A stretch of 47,287 nt of DNA from a virus (lineage: Duplodnaviria > Heunggongvirae > Uroviricota > Caudoviricetes): the IMG/VR virus record IMGVR_UViG_2870474514_000002; one strand, given 5' to 3'. Within the stretch, counting starts at the first letter, position 1; each line of letters opens with the position of its first letter. The notes beneath the pieces are model-generated. The model saw only the letters and a program-made list of their open reading frames with translations. It was not told the DNA's origin and made no database searches. Position numbers and translations under genes: made by a program. Positions 41,901-47,287 of the stretch are shown in pieces.

Positions 41901-44501
41901 ATGAGCACAAAACCACTCTTCCTGTTACGGAAAGCGAAAAAATCATCCGGTGAACCTGACGTCGTCCTGTGGGCAAGCGACGATTTTGAATCGACCTGTG
42001 CCACTCTGGACTACCTGATCGTTAAGTCAGGTAAAAAACTGAGCAGCTATTTTAAAGCTGTTGCCACGAATTTTCCTGTCGTTAATGACCTGCCCGCTGA
42101 AGGTGAGATCGATTTTACCTGGAGTGAACGCTATCAACTCAGCAAAGACTCCATGACATGGGAACTAAAACCGGGAGCAGCACCAGACAACGCTCACTAT
42201 CAAGGCAATACCAACGTCAACGGCGAAGACATGACTGAGATTGAGGAGAATATGCTACTCCCAATTTCTGGCCAGGAACTGCCCATTCGTTGGCTTGCTC
42301 AACACGGCAGCGAAAAACCGGTAACGCACGTTTCACGCGACGGACTCCAGGCATTACACATTGCTCGGGCTGAAGAACTACCGGCTGTTACTGCCCTGGC
42401 TGTTTCCCACAAAACCAGCCTGCTCGACCCGCTGGAAATTCGCGATCTCCACAAACTGGTTCGTGACACTGACAAAGTTTTCCCTAATCCTGGTAATTCA
42501 AACCTGGGACTGATAACTGCTTTTTTCGAAGCATACCTGAACGCTGACTACACCGATCGAGGACTGCTGACAAAAGAGTGGATGAAGGGTAATCGTGTTT
42601 CACACATCACTCGCACGGCTTCCGGTGCTAATGCTGGCGGCGGAAACCTCACCGATCGCGGCAAAGGTTTCGTACACGATCTGACGTCACTGGCGCGCGA
42701 CGTAGCCACTGGCGTACTGGCCCGTTCAATGGATCTGGACATCTATAACATTCATCCGGCACACGCTAAACGCATTGAGGAAATTATCGCTGAAAATAAA
42801 CCGCCCTTTTCTGTTTTCCGCGACAAATTCATCACCATGCCTGGCGGGCTGGATTATTCCCGCGCCATCGTGGTTGCGTCCGTAAAAGAAGCACCAATTG
42901 GGATCGAGATCATCCCCGCGCACGTCACTGAATATCTGAACAAAGTACTGACTGAAACCGATCATGCCAACCCTGATCCGGAAATCGTGGATATTGCCTG
43001 CGGTCGCTCCTCTGCCCCGATGCCGCAGCGAGTAACAGAAGAAGGAAAACAGGATGATGAAGAAAAACCGCAACCATCTGGAACAACGGCAGTTGAACAG
43101 GGAGAGACTGAAACAATGGAACCGGACGCAACTGAACATCATCAGGACACGCAGCCGCTGGATGCTCAGTCACAGGTAAATTCTGTTGATGCGAAATATC
43201 AGGAACTGCGGGCAGAACTCCATGAAGCCCGGAAAAACATTCCATCAAAAAATCCTGTCGATGCCAATAAATTGCTTGCTGCATCACGTGGTGAATTTGT
43301 TGACGGAATTAGCGACCCGAACGATCCGAAATGGGTAAAGGGGATCCAGACTCGCGATTCTGTGTACCAGAACCAGCCAGAAACGGAAAAAACCAGCCCG
43401 GATATGAATCAACCTGAGCCAGTAGTGCAACAGGAACCGGAAATAGCCTGCAATGCCTGCGGCCAGACTGGCGGGGATAACTGCCCTGACTGTGGTGCGG
43501 TGATGGGCGACGCAACATACCAAGAAACATTCGATGAAGAGAGTCAGGTTGAAGCTAAGGAAAATGATCCGGAGGAAATGGAAGGCGCTGAACATCCGCA
43601 CAATGAGAATGCTGGCAGCGATCCGCATCGCGATTGCAGTGATGAAACTGGCAAAGTCGCAGATCCCGTAATCGTAGAAGACATAGAGCCAGGTATTTAT
43701 TACGGAATTTCGAATGAGAATTACCACGCGGGTCCCGGTGTCAGTAAGTCTCAGCTCGATGACATTGCTGATACTCCGGCATTGTATTTGTGGCGTAAAA
43801 ATGCCCCCGTGGACACCACAAAGACAAAAACGCTCGATTTAGGAACCGCTTTCCACTGCCGGGTACTTGAACCGGAAGAATTCAGTAACCGCTTTATCGT
43901 AGCACCTGAATTTAACCGCCGTACAAACGCCGGAAAAGAAGAGGAGAAAGCGTTTCTGATGGAATGCGCAAGCACAGGAAAAACGGTTATCACTGCGGAA
44001 GAAGGCCGGAAAATTGAACTCATGTATCAAAGCGTTATGGCTTTGCCGCTGGGGCAATGGCTTGTTGAAAGCGCCGGACACGCTGAATCATCAATTTACT
44101 GGGAAGATCCTGAAACAGGAATTTTGTGTCGGTGCCGTCCGGACAAAATTATCCCTGAATTTCACTGGATCATGGACGTGAAAACTACGGCGGATATTCA
44201 ACGATTCAAAACCGCTTATTACGACTACCGCTATCACGTTCAGGATGCATTCTACAGTGACGGTTATGAAGCACAGTTTGGAGTGCAGCCAACTTTCGTT
44301 TTTCTGGTTGCCAGCACAACTATTGAATGCGGACGTTATCCGGTTGAAATTTTCATGATGGGCGAAGAAGCAAAACTGGCAGGTCAGCTGGAATATCACC
44401 GCAATCTGCGAACCCTGGCTGACTGCCTCAATACCGATGAATGGCCAGCTATTAAGACGTTATCACTGCCCCGCTGGGCTAAGGAATATGCAAATGACTA
44501 A
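41901..44501 (+). CDS. recE: Exonuclease VIII (RecE)
   Basis: 866 aa, the same length as K-12 RecE, with an acidic low-complexity middle region and a C-terminal nuclease domain. Followed by recT with an 8-nt overlap. Confidence 0.95.
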   Translation: MSTKPLFLLRKAKKSSGEPDVVLWASDDFESTCATLDYLIVKSGKKLSSYFKAVATNFPVVNDLPAEGEIDFTWSERYQLSKDSMTWELKPGAAPDNAHYQGNTNVNGEDMTEIEENMLLPISGQELPIRWLAQHGSEKPVTHVSRDGLQALHIARAEELPAVTALAVSHKTSLLDPLEIRDLHKLVRDTDKVFPNPGNSNLGLITAFFEAYLNADYTDRGLLTKEWMKGNRVSHITRTASGANAGGGNLTDRGKGFVHDLTSLARDVATGVLARSMDLDIYNIHPAHAKRIEEIIAENKPPFSVFRDKFITMPGGLDYSRAIVVASVKEAPIGIEIIPAHVTEYLNKVLTETDHANPDPEIVDIACGRSSAPMPQRVTEEGKQDDEEKPQPSGTTAVEQGETETMEPDATEHHQDTQPLDAQSQVNSVDAKYQELRAELHEARKNIPSKNPVDANKLLAASRGEFVDGISDPNDPKWVKGIQTRDSVYQNQPETEKTSPDMNQPEPVVQQEPEIACNACGQTGGDNCPDCGAVMGDATYQETFDEESQVEAKENDPEEMEGAEHPHNENAGSDPHRDCSDETGKVADPVIVEDIEPGIYYGISNENYHAGPGVSKSQLDDIADTPALYLWRKNAPVDTTKTKTLDLGTAFHCRVLEPEEFSNRFIVAPEFNRRTNAGKEEEKAFLMECASTGKTVITAEEGRKIELMYQSVMALPLGQWLVESAGHAESSIYWEDPETGILCRCRPDKIIPEFHWIMDVKTTADIQRFKTAYYDYRYHVQDAFYSDGYEAQFGVQPTFVFLVASTTIECGRYPVEIFMMGEEAKLAGQLEYHRNLRTLADCLNTDEWPAIKTLSLPRWAKEYAND

Positions 44502-45303
44502 GCAACCACCAATCGCAAAAGCCGATCTGCAAAAAACTCAGGGAAACCGTGCACCAGCAGCAATTAAAAATAACGACGTGATTAGTTTTATTAACCAGCC
44601 ATCAATGAAAGAGCAACTGGCAGCAGCTCTTCCACGCCATATGACGGCTGAACGTATGATCCGTATCGCCACCACAGAAATTCGTAAAGTTCCGGCGTTA
44701 GGAAACTGTGACACTATGAGTTTTGTCAGTGCAATCGTACAGTGTTCACAGCTCGGACTTGAGCCCGGTAGCGCCCTCGGTCATGCATATTTACTGCCTT
44801 TTGGTAATAAAAACGAAAAGAGCGGTAAAAAAAACGTTCAGCTAATCATTGGCTATCGCGGCATGATTGATCTGGCTCGCCGTTCAGGTCAAATCGCCAG
44901 CCTGTCAGCCCGTGTTGTCCGTGAAGGTGACGAGTTTAATTTCGAATTTGGCCTTGATGAAAAGTTAATACACCGCCCAGGAGAAAACGAAGATGCCCCG
45001 GTTACCCACGTCTATGCTGTCGCAAGACTGAAAGACGGAGGTACTCAGTTTGAAGTTATGACGCGCAAACAGATTGAGCTGGTGCGCAGCCAGAGTAAAG
45101 CTGGTAATAACGGGCCGTGGGTAACTCACTGGGAAGAAATGGCAAAGAAAACGGCTATTCGTCGCCTGTTCAAATATCTGCCCGTATCAATTGAGATCCA
45201 GCGTGCAGTATCAATGGATGAAAAGGAACCACTGACAATCGATCCTGCAGATTCCTCTGTATTAACCGGGGAATACAGTGTAATCGATAATTCAGAGGAA
45301 TAA
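44494..45303 (+). CDS. recT: Recombinase RecT (single-strand annealing protein)
   Basis: 269 aa from [13 protein letters not shown]. Confidence 0.95.
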   Translation: MTKQPPIAKADLQKTQGNRAPAAIKNNDVISFINQPSMKEQLAAALPRHMTAERMIRIATTEIRKVPALGNCDTMSFVSAIVQCSQLGLEPGSALGHAYLLPFGNKNEKSGKKNVQLIIGYRGMIDLARRSGQIASLSARVVREGDEFNFEFGLDEKLIHRPGENEDAPVTHVYAVARLKDGGTQFEVMTRKQIELVRSQSKAGNNGPWVTHWEEMAKKTAIRRLFKYLPVSIEIQRAVSMDEKEPLTIDPADSSVLTGEYSVIDNSEE

Positions 45304-45359
45304 TTCAGCCTGGCGGTGTAATGCACCGCCAACTTGAAATATTTTTTATGAGAAAAATT

Positions 45360-45554
45360 ATGAGATATGACAATGTTAAACCATGTCCATTTTGTGGTTG
45401 TCCATCAGTAACGGTGAAAGCCATTTCAGGATATTACCGAGCGAAGTGTAACGGATGCGAATCCCGAACCGGTTATGGTGGAAGTGAAAAAGAAGCACTC
45501 GAAAGATGGAATAAACGAACCACTGGAAATAATAATGGAGGTGTTCATGTATAA
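45360..45554 (+). CDS. ralR: Restriction alleviation protein RalR (Lar)
   Basis: 64 aa: MRYDNVKPCPFCGCPSVTVKAISGYYRAKCNGCESRTGYGGSEKEALERWNKRTTGNNNGGVHV, with a CxxC...CxxC zinc ribbon. Confidence 0.85.
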   Translation: MRYDNVKPCPFCGCPSVTVKAISGYYRAKCNGCESRTGYGGSEKEALERWNKRTTGNNNGGVHV

Positions 45555-45735
45555 AATTACCGCCACTATTGAAAAGGAAGGTGGCACTCCTACTAACTGG
45601 ACAAGATATTCAAAATATAAACTAACTAAATCAGAATGCGAAAAAATGCTCTCAGGTAAAAAAGAAGCAGGCGTTTCCAGAGAGCAGAAAGTAAAACTGA
45701 TAAATTTTAATTGCGAGAAACTTCAGTCCTCGTGA
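45547..45735 (+). CDS. ydaC: YdaC-like small protein
   Basis: 62 aa from MYKITATIEK, with a GGAGG SD 5 nt upstream; overlaps the ralR stop by 8 nt. An alternative start lies 4 codons upstream. Confidence 0.55.
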   Translation: MYKITATIEKEGGTPTNWTRYSKYKLTKSECEKMLSGKKEAGVSREQKVKLINFNCEKLQSS

Positions 45736-45834
45736 ATTGCATTGTATTCAAATTAAAACTTCATAGCTGATTATTAATAATCAACATCGGGCGTCAATTT
45801 AAGTCTAACATTGGCGCCTGCCAGAGGTGATGCG

Positions 45835-46050
45835 ATGGCACAAGTAATCTTTAATGAAGAGTGGATGGTTGAATACGGCCTGATGCTTCGCACTGGTCTG
45901 GGGGCCAGACAAATTGAAGCATACCGCCAGAACTGTTGGGTGGAAGGCTTCCACTTCAAACGAGTATCTCCTTTAGGGAAGCCAGACAGTAAGCGAGGAA
46001 TTATCTGGTACAACTATCCAAAGATAAATCAGTTTATCAAAGACTCATGA
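45835..46050 (+). CDS. xisR: Excisionase (XisR/YdaQ-like)
   Basis: 71 aa from [16 protein letters not shown], with a GAGGTGA SD; ends 1 nt before the integrase start. Confidence 0.65.
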   Translation: MAQVIFNEEWMVEYGLMLRTGLGARQIEAYRQNCWVEGFHFKRVSPLGKPDSKRGIIWYNYPKINQFIKDS

Positions 46051-46051
46051 T

Positions 46052-47287
46052 ATGTCTAAATTACCAACAGGTGTCGAGATTCGAGGTAAATACATTCGCA
46101 TCTGGTTCATGTTTCGAGGAAAACGATGTCGGGAAACATTGAAAGGCTGGGAGGTTACTAACAGTAACATTAAAAAAGCCGGGAATTTAAGAGCGTTGAT
46201 AGTTCATGAAATCAATTCCGGTGAGTTTGAGTATTTAAGACGTTTTCCCCAGTCCAGCACTGGGGCAAAAATGGTGACAACGAGGGTCATAAAAACGTTC
46301 GGGGAGCTTTGTGATATCTGGACAAAAATTAAAGAAACAGAGTTAACAACAAACACAATGAAGAAAACGAAATCACAATTAAAAACACTCAGGATAATAA
46401 TTTGTGAGAGTACCCCGATATCGCATATTCGTTATAGCGATATCTTAAACTACCGGAATGAACTGCTGCATGGAGAAACGCTTTACCTAGATAATCCAAG
46501 ATCCAACAAAAAAGGAAGAACCGTGCGCACAGTTGATAATTATATCGCCCTGCTCTGTTCGTTGTTACGTTTTGCGTATCAGTCGGGATTTATATCAACC
46601 AAACCATTTGAAGGAGTAAAAAAATTACAGAGAAACAGAATAAAGCCTGACCCGTTATCTAAAACAGAATTCAATGCATTAATGGAAAGTGAAAAAGGAC
46701 AGAGCCAGAACTTGTGGAAATTTGCCGTATACTCCGGGCTTCGTCACGGGGAACTGGCTGCTCTGGCGTGGGAGGATGTGGATTTCGAGAAGGGAGTTGT
46801 GAATGTCAGAAGAAACCTGACGATACTTGATATGTTCGGTCCCCCAAAAACAAATGCGGGGATCCGGACGGTAACACTACTGCAGCCTGCTCTTGAAGCA
46901 CTGAAGGAGCAATACAAACTGACCGGGCATCATCGCAAAAGCGAAATCACTTTTTATCATCGGGAGTACGGCAGAACCGAAAAGCAAAAACTGCATTTTG
47001 TTTTCATGCCCAGAGTGTGTAACGGAAAACAGAAACCTTATTACTCGGTAAGCAGTTTGGGTGCGAGATGGAATGCAGCAGTAAAACGTGCTGGTATTCG
47101 CCGCCGTAATCCGTACCATACGCGGCATACTTTTGCCTGCTGGCTGTTGACGGCAGGAGCGAACCCGGCGTTTATAGCCAGCCAGATGGGGCATGAAACT
47201 GCGCAGATGGTGTATGAAATTTACGGTATGTGGATTGATGACATGAACGACGAACAGGTAGCCATGTTGAATGCGCGGTTATCGTAG
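46052..47287 (+). CDS. intR: Tyrosine integrase
   Basis: 411 aa with the C-terminal catalytic signature of tyrosine recombinases (R...HTRHTFA...G...Y region: NPYHTRHTFACWLLTAGANPAFIASQMGHET). Stop coincides with the window end. Confidence 0.9.
   Translation: MSKLPTGVEIRGKYIRIWFMFRGKRCRETLKGWEVTNSNIKKAGNLRALIVHEINSGEFEYLRRFPQSSTGAKMVTTRVIKTFGELCDIWTKIKETELTTNTMKKTKSQLKTLRIIICESTPISHIRYSDILNYRNELLHGETLYLDNPRSNKKGRTVRTVDNYIALLCSLLRFAYQSGFISTKPFEGVKKLQRNRIKPDPLSKTEFNALMESEKGQSQNLWKFAVYSGLRHGELAALAWEDVDFEKGVVNVRRNLTILDMFGPPKTNAGIRTVTLLQPALEALKEQYKLTGHHRKSEITFYHREYGRTEKQKLHFVFMPRVCNGKQKPYYSVSSLGARWNAAVKRAGIRRRNPYHTRHTFACWLLTAGANPAFIASQMGHETAQMVYEIYGMWIDDMNDEQVAMLNARLS

Noticed and set aside
42548-44399. 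Series of minus-strand ORFs inside recE (42726..43142, 43284..43727, 43751..44023, 44091..44399 and others)
   Set aside because: All are antisense to the 866 aa recE ORF and have Phe/Cys/Arg-rich antisense-type composition.

Overview
The whole 47.3 kb window lies inside a lambdoid prophage of the Rac type (E. coli/Shigella-like), in the opposite orientation to K-12 Rac: tail fibres are at the low-coordinate end and the integrase ends exactly at base 47287, so neither att site is visible. Unlike the deleted K-12 Rac, this copy carries a complete late operon on the minus strand. Read 5' to 3' along the minus strand it runs: Q-like gene, tR'-like terminator, tRNA-Thr(UGU) and tRNA-Gly(UCC), lysis cassette (dual-start holin, SAR endolysin, Rz with embedded Rz1), trkG moron, ParB-like plus GT-A-like plus small HTH genes, terS, terL, portal, Mu F/SPP1 gp7-like head protein, scaffold, P22-type coat, head-tail joining genes, major tail, G and G-T (programmed -1 frameshift), tape measure, M, L, K, I, J, lom, stf, tfa. 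Upstream of the late operon are a nin-like region with an AT-rich moron island (YeaR/DUF1971-like, QueH/DUF208-like, small peptides), replication (ydaU, ydaV), immunity (ydaT, ydaS, divergent racR), the early-left genes (ydaG, ydaF, kilR, ydaE, racC, recE, recT, ralR, ydaC) and xis/int. The most interesting uncharacterised parts are the translationally coupled ParB-like/GT-A-like module next to the terminase and the YeaR-like/QueH-like cargo island. All calls come from reading the sequence and the supplied ORF track and from remembered family signatures; no database search was run, so family and domain names are recollections to be confirmed by HMM or BLAST.
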